A stretch of DNA of 64,000 nucleotides, from the NCBI GenBank assembly GCA_035221665.1, contig CM069141.1:67890001-67954000 (forward strand). The letters run 5' to 3'. Made by a program: the position numbers and the translations under genes. Shown here one piece after another: positions 13,280 to 25,959 of this stretch; within the stretch, counting starts at the first letter, position 1; each line of letters begins with the position of its first letter. This stretch comes from Okamejei kenojei (taxonomy: Eukaryota). Below the pieces are notes generated by a model that did no database searches, had not been told where the DNA came from, and was given only the letters and a program-made list of their open reading frames with translations.

Positions 13280-13874
13280 GTAAAGATAAATTACAATTTT
13301 AGTGAAGTGAAAAGAGTAACAGAATCACCTCTCAAAACTAAGTAATCAAATATCTAAAGAATAACTAATGTAAAAAACCCAGACAATTATCACATTTTTA
13401 ACCAATTGAAAACCCAGTATCAGAATACAATTTCATGCAGTATGCTCAAAATCTATCATCCAAAAAGTTGCTTGAGGATGTAATGTTTGCAGTTTTTAAT
13501 ATTTTTCCTTAAGATTCAGTTCCAAACATTTTGCATGAAATTGTAGGCCTCTGGAGTTATGGCCCTGCGAGTTCAATTGAATATCTGTGATTGTGATGAA
13601 TGATTATTTAAACAATACATATGGAATTATTTAAACAATAGAAATGGAATAGCTCTTTAGTTCATGAGGAGGATAATATTGCCATTCATTTGGCATTTTC
13701 ACGAGTGCAGCAGTGGGTGCCAATCAAACAGAACATCTCCCCTTGTCACAGGCTGCTTGATGATATACCTACTTATAACACCAACTGCATCAAATTTAAC
13801 ATTCTTTTCCAACGATTCTTGGACCAATGCATTACATCCCACTCACCATTCCCACGCTGTTATTGAATAATTTA

Positions 13875-14005
13875 ACTCTCTCTCTATCTCTCCCCCATCT
13901 CCCTCCCCCCATCTCCCTCCCCCCATCGCCCTCCCTCCCCCCCCCCCCCATCTCCCTCCCCCCCACCTCCCTCCCCCCATCTCCCTCCCCCCCCATCTCC
14001 CTCCA
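13875..14005. repeat. C-rich low-complexity repeat (ccccatctccctc-like units)
   Basis: Degenerate polypyrimidine tandem units; G-tract rich on the minus strand. Confidence 0.85.
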
Positions 14006-14029
14006 TCTATATATATCTCCATCTAGTTT

Positions 14030-14145
14030 TAAAGAAGGAACTGCAAATGCTGGAGAATCGAGGGTACACAAAAAGCTCGAGAAACTCAGCGGGTGCAGCA
14101 GCATCTAAGGAGCGAAGGAGATAGGCGACGTTTTGGGTCGAGACC
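14030..14145 (-). mobile_element. Penelope terminal-repeat fragment with truncated hammerhead
   Basis: Reverse complement of the tail at 22411-22489 and 34900-34985; lacks CTGAAGA. Confidence 0.8.
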
Positions 14146-14912
14146 AGACAGACAGACAGACAGACCTATTTGTTTTCTTAATATCTTGGAAATAGCAAGC
14201 TACAGTATTTCAAAGGGGGCAGATGTTGTTTTAAAAAGTAACAAAGCTTCTCCCAATCAAGAAATAAATAATGTTTTTGAACTAAATTTGCCAGTTAATT
14301 TAATTTAATTTAAGAGGACTCCCAACCTCAAATTGCAAAACAATGTGGCGAGAACCACAAAAACAGCCACAGTGGCAATTGTGGCAATTAAATAAAAAAA
14401 CAAGGGGAAAAAAATCATATTTAACATCTGAAATTTTAAATCACACTGCACTAAGACAAGTAGAAATGTAGTGAATTTTGGCAAGAAGTGAGCCATCTAT
14501 AAATAAAGACAGGTGTGATCAGAACAAGTATGATTTGTCATACGGCCGCAAGTCAAGAAATGTACCAAAGAAACAGCCATCAGCATTGAGACTAAGTTTA
14601 GATATCACACGCTGGACAGATAAGTGGACTCCAGCGAGAAGACAGAATAAAAATCTCTCCTGTTAACAGAGAAGCATAAATGTGCACCTGGAACAATCAG
14701 TGTAGGTCTTCTATCAGCTGGCAGTGGAAACACATAGAACGATGCAGAAAATGGAACTTGTTGGAAGTGAGGCGGGGGTGAGGGGGGGGAACGACTGACA
14801 ATTTTATGGAAGGAGAGAAACAGGTAGCGTGGTATACAGAATTTTAAAACTCTTGAATAATTGATTAATTTATTATCTTGAATAATCAATTAAACTACTG
14901 AACTCCACTCAC

Positions 14913-15148
14913 CTGCACCAGCTCCCTATATGCCGATTTGGCGAGCTTGTATGGAACCAGCAGGTTTGAGGCCAGGAAATAAAGCACCTCCAGACCGGTG
15001 AATATCATAGCAAATCTGTTGATAATAATGAGCATTTCCACAGGAACCATGCAGAACCGTGCCAGTAAGGGAAGAAGGTGGGCAGAAAATAGCCAGATCT
15101 GTTTCGTCTTCATCACAAAGGAGCACAGCGTACACACCACCAGTTGCC
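14913..15148 (-). CDS. RNF145: RNF145 internal coding exon (236 bp)
   Basis: (G)QLVVCTLCSFVMKTKQIWLFSAHLLPLLARFCMVPVEMLIIINRFAMIFTGLEVLYFLASNLLVPYKLAKSAYRELVQ. Acceptor tacag, donor GTGAGT. Confidence 0.97.
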
Positions 15149-15664
15149 CTGTATCAAACATAAAACAAATACAATTTGAACTGATCCATATTTCCCAGCA
15201 ATGAAGACGCTATTTTTTACCCAAACGTAAGGCACGACAATTTACCTGCGTCTTGGAGGCCAAAGGTTAGGTTGTTAGCCAAGAAAGATAGACTTGGTTA
15301 CCCCTCAGTACAACAACATCATGAACGTTGTTGCTGTATGCAAGTGCTGATAGCTGATGGGAAGCGGCTGTAAAAGGACAGCGCCACTGGGGGGGGGGGG
15401 GGGGGGGGAAGAGTTCCTTTCACTGTGCGTGGGGAGTCTGGCCCGGATCAGCACCGGCAGGAGCGCTGAGAAGGAAGGGGTCGGGGGTCATGCCAACAAC
15501 TCACTCACCGCTGCCGCGGCGCTCCGGGCGCTGAGCCGCCGCATTGTGGCTGGGGAGGGAAGTAGCTCGGGTGGCTGCGAGCGGCCGCCGGGACCGGACA
15601 GCGGAACCGGCCCTCGCCTCAGTACTTTGGGCAAATTGTATTGACACTTTTATTTTTATTTTTT

Positions 15665-16492
15665 ATTTCAAGTTCAAGTTTATATTTATTGTCACTGTAC
15701 CAATTGGTACAGCGAGATTTGGGTTACCATGCAGCCACACGAATAAAAAGAACACACGATACAATTTAACATGAACATCCCCACACAGCGGAATCAGCCT
15801 TTCCCATTGTTAGGGAAGGTAACAAAGTTCAGTCATCTTCCTTTCTCTTTGTTCCCCCGTGGTCAGTGCCTCGAGCCCTCCTCAGTCGCCGCTACGGTGG
15901 CCCGATGTTCAGGCCCTCTCGCCGGGATGATCGACGTTGAAAAGGAAGAACAGTCTCATCAGCTTGGAGTTTCCGAATCGGCCACTTCTCTCTGGAGACT
16001 GCGGCTCCCGAAGTCTACAGGCCGAGCTGGGCGGAGATTCAACACTGGTGGCCCTCGGCAAAGGGATCCCAGGACTCTGCGATGTTAAAGTCAGCCCTGC
16101 CCATAGCTGGAAGCTCCGCAGACCACAACTTCAGGGTGTTAAAATCGGCAGTCCCAGCACGGAGCACCACATGGCGACCCCAGTAAGGCATCGCCCGCTC
16201 AGCGATGGTACTTCAGTGCTGCGCCGCTGCTGAAGTTGAAGCTCAGGCCGGTCTCCGGCAGGAAAGGCCGCGCTAATCCAGATGGTAGGCCGCGAAGAGG
16301 GGACGAAGTTACGGCTCGCAGGAATGACGCTTCCTCGACCAGGTAGTGACTAAGAAAAAGTTTCCCCCTTCCCCCCATCCCCCACACAAGACTAAGAGAC
16401 CTCCAAAACAAAACTTTGAGACTAAAAATTACAAAAAGGATGGAAGGACGAACAGATGCTGGCGAGCTGCCATACTCAACGACGCCACCATC
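15665..16492 (-). mobile_element. GC-rich non-autonomous non-LTR retro-element
   Basis: Minus strand starts GATGGTGGCGTCGTTGAGTATGGCAGCTCGCC. Hairpin at 15778-15816, terminal palindrome ctgtaccaattggtacag, AATAAA and (AACTTG)n tail. Confidence 0.7.
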
Positions 16493-17555
16493 CTTCTCGA
16501 TTTTTTAGAGCTTGAGAAATTCTATGTCCAGCCAGCCTTTTTTCAAAATAAACACTTCCGCATATGGTTATTCTTCATGAACAAGTTCAATGAACAAGAG
16601 CAAATTGCAATATCCTTTCCTGAAAACCACACAGAGTTTGAGAAGTAACTCGAGCTATAACAAGAGAATTCTTGTCCATGTCCAAAACCCATTGATGTAT
16701 CATAAGCAAACGTAAATGAAAGATTCAAAAAGGGCTTAAGATCATCCAATATATTCCAGAAAATTTTAACATTTGGTGCATTCATGTTAAACTAAGGGCA
16801 AGTGTTTTGTAATATTTGGTATAAAATGTTCGAAATAGTACCACAATAGTGAAAATAGTAATAAGATTACAACACCAGCGAACAATTAATACAGAAATGT
16901 TATATTTAGAACAGACGTTAATATATGAAAATTAGTTGTTTCAAAGACCCAACTCAAAAGCTCACAATACATCATTGCATTATATACTCTGAACATGGTC
17001 TTCACTATCGATCCAGTCCTAACTGACAGATCTAACACAGGGTAATGCATAATGACTGAAGTTTTCAACCATGCTAAACCAATCATTACATTCCCATGGA
17101 CATCAGAACAGAGGCCAACTACTTCAGCCTAAGATGAGAATTGAAACTGCTGCATCTTTGTAAGGAATTAAAATGGCTGCAGATTCGATTGCGCTTGAGA
17201 CTTTTACTTCAAAGAAAATGTGAAGTAACAAGTCATATGAATAAAGCTAATCCATGGAAACTTCACATAAAACTGTTCTTGTAAAGAGAAAATGGCATGT
17301 GACGTACAACAGATGGGAGACTCACTGCAACCAATACTCCCGAGTTGCATAAACTACACTTGGTCAGATTTTCAACAATCCTTAATGATCTTTCCAAGAC
17401 AGTAATACAGCAAAATTAAGGTCAAGGTTATTCAAATCTCTCATCTATTGTAGTGTGGTGGGTGGGGAAACAAACAACTGGATGCAAGAATGATACTTTC
17501 AAGCATTTACTACCAAGAATCAGTAACATTATGCAATAGTAAACAAATAGTTTAC

Positions 17556-17608
17556 AAATACGACCAAGTAAAAAATACGACCAAGTAAACAAATACGACC
17601 AAGTAAAA
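17556..17608. repeat. Three-copy 17-18 bp tandem repeat (aaatacgaccaagtaaa)
   Basis: Direct reading. Lies just before a solo MITE TIR (agggcctgtcccacttg, ~17630). Confidence 0.9.
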
Positions 17609-17779
17609 AAATTGTGGATTTTTGCTCAAAGGGCCTGTCCCACTTGCCGATTTTTTTCTGCGACTGCCAGTGTCATATCAGTGTCGCTAAAAGATTTTGA
17701 ATATTTCAAAATAATTAATGTCGAATCTGTTACCCGAATTACTACCAACAAACCAGAACCGTTTTCCAAATTTGCAACA

Positions 17780-18860
17780 TAGCAGAAAGAACAGTACATA
17801 CAGCACAAGAACAATTCCTTCTGCTCACAATGTCCATGCTGAACATAATGCCAGAGTAAACTAATCTCCTCTGCCTGCATACAAGCAATATTCCTCCGAT
17901 CTCTGCATATATATGTGCCTATCTGAAGGCAGGTACTTTTAGATAGGCAGTATCTGCCTTGACTACCAGCCTTGGTAGCCCTTTTTGGCCGCTCTGTGTA
18001 AAGAAAATTTGCCACACACATCTCTAAACTTTGCCACTCTCACTTTACAGCTGTGCCCGCTATTGACATTTTGACATTTATCACCTGGGAAAAAAGGTTC
18101 TGAATGTCCCCATTCTATGGCTCCATAATTTTAGACACTTCTATCAGAGGTCTCACCTTAGCTTGTGATGCTCCAGAGACAATAATGTTTGTCCACCCCT
18201 CCCCTTATAGCTAATACCCTCCAATGCAGGCAGCATTCGTGTAAACTTCTTGTGCACCCTCTCCAAGGCCTCCACATCCTTCCTGAAATGGGGCGACCAG
18301 AACTATACGCAATACGTCAAATGCGGTCTAACCACATCCTCTAAAGCTGCAAAAATACACCCCAACTCATACCGACAATGCCACGACCAATGGAGCTCTA
18401 ATTCTTAGAATCAATGCCTTGGTCAATGAAGCCAAGCCTTCTTTACTGTTCTACATGTATTGCCACTTTCAGGGAGCTATGGACTTAGACCCCATGATCT
18501 CTGAGGCATGATCACATTGAATGGCGGTGCTGGCTCGAAGGCCTACTCCTGCACTTATTGTCTTGTACATAAATGCTGTTAAAGGTCTTGCCATGAACTA
18601 TATACTTTCCCTTATATCCAACCTCCTAAATGCAACACTTCACACAAATAGATTAAATGCCACCTGCTATTTCTCTGCCCATTTATTTAGCTGATCTATA
18701 TCCCTCTGTGTACTTTGATAGCTTTCCTCATTGCCTGGAAAATCCAGGAATGTTGGCGTTGTCTGTAAATTTAACAACCAACCCATCTACATTTGTATCG
18801 ATCAGAGATCCCAGCACAGATCCCCGTGGAACATCAGACATTTAGCCAAAATATCACCCT
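17780..18860 (-). mobile_element. Old CR1 LINE RT/3' fragment
   Basis: Minus strand has a ccgcatttgacgtattgcgtatagttctggtcgccccat (RPHLEYCVQFWSPH-like) segment and a GVPRGSVLG-like segment near 18800-18835. Heavily mutated. Confidence 0.7.
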
Positions 18861-18954
18861 GTCTTCTGAGTAAACCAGTTCTGAATCTAAACAAACACTT
18901 AACTAAGCAGATAGTTCAAAAGACACAATGTTTTGAACATATGACGTTTAAACC

Positions 18955-19165
18955 ATGTACGATACGATAGAACTTTATTAATCCCCGGAGGGTAACTGGT
19001 CTGCCAACAGTCACAACACACAAGGTACATTAAAACTTGAAATTAAAAGTGAAAACAAAAACACAAGCAACTGTCGGCTGGCTGCCGTGTTCACAGTGTC
19101 TTAACCGGAACGAACGTACAAACAACAATAAACGCAGGCTTACCCCCTGGGCAGAGGATTCTAAA
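18955..19165 (-). mobile_element. Rex1/Babar-like 3' tail
   Basis: Reverse complement resembles the tail at 55300-55372 (ttggcaga..ccctcc.ggga..aataaagtt, then tatcg repeats). Confidence 0.6.
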
Positions 19166-19192
19166 ACTAGAGAATATGCTTACTTGTACTTA

Positions 19193-19813
19193 CCACTTAG
19201 GCGTTTATGAAAGACCAGCGACTGGAATGGCGACTATCAGAGACACACGAGAATATGCTTACTTATACTTACCACTTAGGCGATTTTGAAAAACAACCTA
19301 TGAGAACCTTTGACCTCCTGGCAACCCACCAGGACCTCCTGGGGGTTGGGGGGGCCAGGGGGGGGGGGACCAGGGGACACACGCCCCCCCCCCCCCATGC
19401 TTTGAGAGGTGGGTGACAATCCCCACCCCCACCCCCCCGTGTTTTGTAATCCGGACTTTATCAGACGCTTTCTAAGGGCTGAACCGGCACGTTCGCGGGG
19501 TCTTTCATCACCCAGGGTGGCTTAAAATCAAAATGAAAGACCCCGCGAACGGGCCGATTCAAGCCCCACGATTTGGAACGGACGAGGCTGCTGTTGCTGG
19601 AGTTCGGAGTCGGTCACCAACCAGGTCAGCTCCCGATGTTACCGTCCACAGGGGCCACGGCGAAGCCTCGACCAAGAAATCGTGTGTCCCCCCCCCATGT
19701 TTTGATAACGATTTCCGTGCCTGCTCCTGGCGACCCACCTAGTCGGCGCGAGAATTCTCGCTACACTTCATTCTGGTCGCCGCTAATTTTTGAACATGTT
19801 GAAGTGGGACAGG
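19193..19813. mobile_element. Composite MITE relic (ccacttaggcg...aagtgggacagg) with a GC-rich inner segment
   Basis: Right end aagtgggacagg matches the TIR at ~31225. A ~33-nt direct duplication occurs at ~19171 and ~19250. Inner inverted repeat at 19476-19566. Confidence 0.55.
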
Positions 19814-21454
19814 TCTATTATTCACTCCAACAGCACAAATATCACATTGCCATACAAGTTCCAATTTTGTTTGGATTATGTATCAGAATATCTCCCAATT
19901 CCCAGGGATTCTGAACTTCTCTCTCAAGTCTTACTATAGTTAAAAAAAGAATGATCAAGAAATGCTTGAAGTTCTACTCTTGCGCTTCAGTTGTTTGCAA
20001 TGCGCAAGACAATAATTATTTAAAGGCTTTATACACATTGAAGCTAAAATGTTTGAAGCAGCCAAGTGGATCCGTAAACTATAGTTCTAACAAGCAGATC
20101 TCTGGGGAAATCTCATTCTCAAGTCAAATTTACATTTGTAGTTTTGTTAAATGAATACAAGAGATCCTTGGTGAAATAACTAAGCCACTGAGATGACAAT
20201 GATTTGTACTCTAATCCTGAGTAGTGTTCTGGGTTAGCTGATCTCAGCAGTAAAAGGTATTACAGTTCACATCAGCATAGAAAAATCCATTTTTAAAATT
20301 CTGTTAGTTCAGTCACAATCTAGATAAACGGAGTGTGTATGTTTCAGGTTTAGCCATAATTGGACATGTAAAGCCATGGCATTCAAATCATTGTTAAAAT
20401 ACTGAAACATTAATCATTTTTATCAATGCAAGGTACTAGAAGCAACCGACATCTATGTAACTATAATTCAACAAAGACCTTAAAAGTTTTGGAAGAGGAC
20501 AAAGGGAGTAAAACCCAAGAATTAGACAGTCACTGCGGGGAAAGAACAACATGACACATTCAATGTTTAAAAGAGAAGATATTTTTTATCAAATCCATCT
20601 GGTACACTGATTTAATGAGTACAGATGCACCTCGGAAGGGTGAGCAAAAATTACCAAATTCTCTTAGAGGAAAATAAATCAGGGATAAACATTGAAGTGA
20701 ATTAGCAGCAGGGCTGGGGGAAAGTTGGAAAGAATAACAAACTCTGGAAAATTGTGGACATTTTCAGAGGTTTTAAAATTATTTAGCTGAACACTTGAAA
20801 AGTCATAACCCACAAGACCAGGAATCGGGCTAACTGGAAATCCACCTTTGGCCCCATGAACACATATGCCAAATGATCCCTTCCTGTGCCAATTTTTGCT
20901 TCTGGAAACCCAGAGCACAGATATTGATTTATTTTCATAACGTTACTGTATTTCCCATTTATGGATGTTAGGAATACAAATGAAGACATGTGTTTTTGTT
21001 CGTTTTTTGACTCTCACGTATGGTAATCATCGCTAAATCAAAATCAGAATCAATTCATTAGGGATGAAGCCCCAAGGACCAAGAAATGACATGTGTACGT
21101 TGATAGGGGTTGATATTAAATAGAGTCGTGGGAGATGAACAGTCTAAGCACCAGCATTAGCTCTCCACTCATTTAAATGTTAGATAGTTTTTAGTTTGCA
21201 TTATCAAATATTTGACTTCAGAGATTTATAACATTTAGTACCAACACTAAGACAGCCATCTGTCAACTGACAGCATGAAAGCATCACATCTGGTTTCACT
21301 ACTTTATAGTACACCGAAAATGTCACACAAATGTTCAGATAATGGTTTGTTTACAGACCCCATAGTACAAACAAGATAACTGAACATTTGCTTTGCAATA
21401 CAAGAGAGCAGTCAAAACACATGTGCACATCATACAGTAGGATTAAATGACAAA

Positions 21455-22310
21455 GGAGTCATGCAGCATTGAAACAGGCCATTTGGCCCATCACGTCAAA
21501 CAATGGGCAACCATCCGTTAATCTCATCTCTAGCAGGGTCTGTGTCAATGCTAAGGTGATTTAGGTGCTCACCAGACAATTCTTAAATGCTATCAACAGT
21601 TCTCCTTCTACCTGTCTGGCATTACATTTCAGATACTCACCACTCTCTGGGTAAAAAAAGGTTCCCCTCGAACGCCATCTAAATAATTTAGGTCTTAACC
21701 TAAATCTATGTCCTTGAGTTATGCTCACTTTCAATATGTAGAAACATTTCCTAATATCTACTTTATCAATATTCCTCATAAATATTATGTATCCTAATCG
21801 TGTTCCCTCTTGATCTCCTCCGCGAAGAGGAATAGACATCGTCTACTTTTAACTGAAAACTCAATCCCAAGGAATATCCTGATTAAGGAATAATAGATTG
21901 CAGATGCTGGAATCTGGAGCAAAAATTAGCTGCTAGAGGAACCCGGCAGATCAGGCAGCATCCGTGTTGGCGAGAACTGCAGATGCTGGTTTAAATCGAA
22001 GATTTAAAAATCTGAACGGTCTCGACCCGAAACATCATCCATTCCTTCTCTCCTTCTGTCCTGCTGAGTTACTCCAGCATTGTGTGTCCACCAGACAGCA
22101 TCTGTGTCGCAAAAACGAGTAGTGAACATATTGTGTTGAGACCCTTGAACTTTGTGAATTTCCACTGCACTCTCTCCAGCACTACCTCATCTTCCCTATG
22201 GTATGGTGACCAGAAACGCACACAATACTCCAGCTGCGATCTGACCGGAGTTTTATCTAGTTGGAGCACAACTTCCCTTGCATTTAATGCCCCAACTAAT
22301 AAAGGCCAGC
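21455..22310 (-). mobile_element. Old CR1 LINE 3' fragment with Penelope-tail insertions
   Basis: ORF 22069-22566(-) contains REVVLQLDKTPVRSQLEYCVRFWSPYHRED..LERVQWKFTK. ORF 21561-21839(-) contains TQGHRFRL. Confidence 0.75.
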
Positions 22311-22367
22311 ATAAATAAATATTTAAATAGAAAGAAGGGCAATATTGGTGACATGACTCATGGTTTG

Positions 22368-22489
22368 AAGAAGGGTCTCGACCCGAAACGTCGCCTATGA
22401 GTCTGAAGAAGGGTCTCGACCCGAAACGTCGCCTATCTCCTTCGCTCCTTAGATGCTGCTGCACCCGCTGAGTTTCTCCAGCTTTTTGT
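22368..22489 (+). mobile_element. Mini-insertion of tandem hammerhead motifs + Penelope tail, flanked by a 29-bp direct repeat
   Basis: gcaatattggtgacatgactcatggtttg occurs at 22339-22367 and 22490-22518. Cores lie at 22365-22392 (C3 replaced by T) and 22403-22430 (intact). Confidence 0.85.
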
Positions 22490-23586
22490 GCAATATTGGT
22501 GACATGACTCATGGTTTGGTAATTAGGGACATTTACACATTGCAAAGAAGCAGTGCAACCACACAAGGTTATTTGTTATCAGGAATTGAAAGTAATGTTT
22601 TGGAATGTGACTGCTTAATACCAACTATTATGTATTCTGCTGATCAAGCATAGTTAGTATTAAAGCTCTATTTTCACTTCTGCAACAATAAATTCTAAAT
22701 CCCCGCTACAACTCAACCATTAATTGCAGTCACTGCATTTTATGAAGTTGACGATTTAATATGGCTAATGGAGCTAGAATCTTCAACCTCATTCAGAATT
22801 ATTTGTAATTGTTTATTTCTTTACCATTTCACATATCTTTCAAGACGTCCCAACACACTTCAGACAATGAAGTGCAGTCAATGCTCTTCTGTCGGAAACA
22901 CGGTGTTTGATTTACTGCAATATGGTACTTTGCTTACTTGTTCATTAAGTTTCAAATGAGCCATTAAACAATTGCTTTGAGTGTTTCTTCATAAGTTATG
23001 TTCAGCTTTGGACAAAATGTTTTCCCCTTATTCCAATGTGAAATACAGACGCCGTATAATTTCATCATGCAAGACAAATCAGCATGATATAATTGCTAGC
23101 AAGGTAGATGGATCTACAACAAAAACGAGGGGTCTACAAAATACAAGGTAATGGGAGGCGCTCTTCTACAACCATAATTGATGAACAAGAAAAATACTGT
23201 GATATTTAATATGGGACTGCTTTATCCTGACATTCACACTAAAAACAATTTTGTTAATGTGGGGTTTATAGGTGAAGTTGCTTTTCCCAGAAACATTTAA
23301 AATAATATAATTATATGCTGGAAATTAACCAAGATTGAAAAAACGTGAAAATAAAAACAAAATGCAGGAAATAGCAGGTCAGGCTGCATCAATGGAATGA
23401 GGAAGAGAGCAAACGTTTCAGCTTGAAGACCCTTATCAGACAAAGGCCCCAAAATGTTAATACATCTCTTCTCATGGATGCAGCCTGACCTGCACAGTAC
23501 ATAGAGCAATTCAGCGGGGCAGGAAGCATCTCTGGAGTTATCTTGCCTATTGCATACCAATAAAGTTTGGTTAATAACTTTGCTGA

Positions 23587-23760
23587 AGAGTGAGTTGGAT
23601 GTGGCCCTTGTGGCTAAGGGGATCAGAGGGTATGGAGAGAAGGCAGGTACGGGATACTGAGTTGGATGATCAGCCATGATCATATTGAATGGCGGTGCAG
23701 GCTCGAAGGGCTGAATGGCCTACTCCTGCACCTAATTTCTATGTTTCTATGTTTCTATGT
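23587..23760 (+). mobile_element. Young CR1 3' tail
   Basis: Near-identical to 38371-38542; ends in (tttctatg)3. Confidence 0.9.
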
Positions 23761-25959
23761 AAGAGTAAAAAAAAGTTGTGTTTTATAGACAAACGACCGA
23801 ATGTCAATAGCTAATTTTTTTTTTTAAATGAGGAAATGTACTGCTTGGAAATGTAGCAAAGGTGGTGGTTGAATTTTATGCATCTCTTTTATGCGGTAAA
23901 AGATAGTTAATTTGGAGTCCTGCAGATTTAATAAGACAGACGTTTTTGTTGGAGCTAACAAAGCAGCCAATGAGGCACCGATAAATACCAATAAGAGTGG
24001 ACCCTTTGACACCCAATTAGGTAGCTGATGATACATACATCCGAAGCAGTGAACAATATGCATTTAGCATGGGAGGTTCAGACAATGACTGGCAGTCAGA
24101 ACCGAGGCTGAAGCTCATAAAAAGCAGTTAAAGTGAGATATTGAATCTAGTCAGTTAATTCACAAAAAATACATCCAACACAAGGTGACCGAGTAATGCT
24201 TGTACACAATAACAATCCACTGATGTAGGAATTGATATTGAGTTAAGTTATTTAAACACATAATCGTACAAGTCAGTTTGAACTAAGTGATATAATTGAT
24301 CATAGCATATTGATGACTGATAGCATATTTTGAAATTATTGCCTAAACTTCAACATAGTATGAAGTTAACGCCACAATAAAATGAAAGCTCCTTTTTATT
24401 GAACTTCCTATAAATTGCAAATTCAAGCTCCTATTAGTCAGAGAGATTGAGAACATCCAAGTCCCAACAGTTTCATCTAAATTTTACAACTTTTCAAAAA
24501 TAAATCAAAACAGGGAACCTTCTTTAGGCTGCCCGTGTGTGACCACTGGCCAATAAAACAAGAATGATCCAGGAATGTGGATTTCTTTGCAGTTATCAGG
24601 AAAAAAACAAAGTGATCTAAAAACAAATGTCCCGCTGTGTGAATCGATATCACTGGTCTGTTATCTGCAAACAGCATTTATAGTTTGTCACTGTGAACAA
24701 ACAAGACTTCAATTTTGTTTTTGGACATTTGATGGACATCACCAATTCGAAATTCAACATTTCAAGCACCAAGTGCAAAAAAAAGGGTAATATTTCCCAG
24801 CCTCAAAACTCCATTCCACTATCTAGCAACATTTCTTTCTATATGAGCAGTTCAGTCTCTGAGCTTGCTACTTTGCTGACAGATCAGTATGTGAGCCAAT
24901 GTCACTAGTTTGGTGTTACATAGAAACATTTCCTACTACCACAAGAGATTATGTAAAACACTTAATAGATAACCCAAAACTTTGAAACTGGAAGCAGGAA
25001 TTACAATTAAATCTTAAGAGGAAACAAATCAAGTTTATTGTCATATGCACAAGTACATCGAGGTACAGATACAATGAAAACCAGATTGTCTGGTACATTT
25101 TGTATATGGCAGGATGATCTGCCTGGCAGGGCATAATGTCTGAATCTAAAAACCATAAATACACAAGATACAAAGCTATAAAGAATATGAAAAGAAATGT
25201 TAAGCAAAGTGAAAAAAGCAACTAAGTAGTTAAGATGCAACAGGATAAATCAGTGTTTATAATCAAAAAAAGGTATGTAGGGAAATTAACAATATAAAGA
25301 AAACTGAATGAAATGGAAGAGCTGCTCTGAGACCCTGAACTCTACCAAAAGTGTAAGTGATTTTGATTAATACTCGCGTTAAAAAATACCAAAGACAAAA
25401 ATTCTACAAATACAAATTTAGCTTTGTCAGATAAAGTAAAGGATAATCCATGACCACATGTATACACAGCGACCGTTTCACTAAAAACTTGCGCTCGCTT
25501 TGCCAAGGCCTGCCCTGGGCTTCCTCCATTGCTAGAGCGAGGTCACATGCAAACTGGAGGACAGCACCTCATATTCTGATTGAGTAGCTTACAACACAAT
25601 GGTCACTGCATATCAAACACACCCCCCACCCCCACTCACCTCTGTTAACCTAATACCTGCCATGCTTTGTCCTGCCTTTCCCCTTTTCCAGCATTTATCT
25701 TCCCCCTCCCCCCATATAATTACTCTGAAGAACGATCTGGAACATCACCTATCCATGTGTTCCAGAGATGCTGCCTGACCTGAGTGAGGTACTCCAGCAC
25801 TTGGTCCTTTTGTATATAACCAACATCTGCAAATAAGTTGAAATTACCTAATAATTTCTTACTTAACAAATTTGTCTGACCTGTCCAAACACTCAATTTC
25901 ATCAGTTTTCAATGTCTCCATATATTAGAGACAGCCTGCAATACCTAAGAATAGAATCT

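Noticed and set aside
13827-14108. Pro-rich and Gly-rich ORFs on opposite strands
   Set aside because: They are translations of the C-rich simple repeat plus a Penelope tail.
15350-15650. CpG-rich patch as an internal promoter/CpG island
   Set aside because: Short, adjacent to a GC-rich retro-element and probably repeat-derived; no supporting initiation signals seen.
17556-17608. Short direct repeats as a CRISPR-like array
   Set aside because: No spacers, only three copies, vertebrate intron; a simple tandem duplication.
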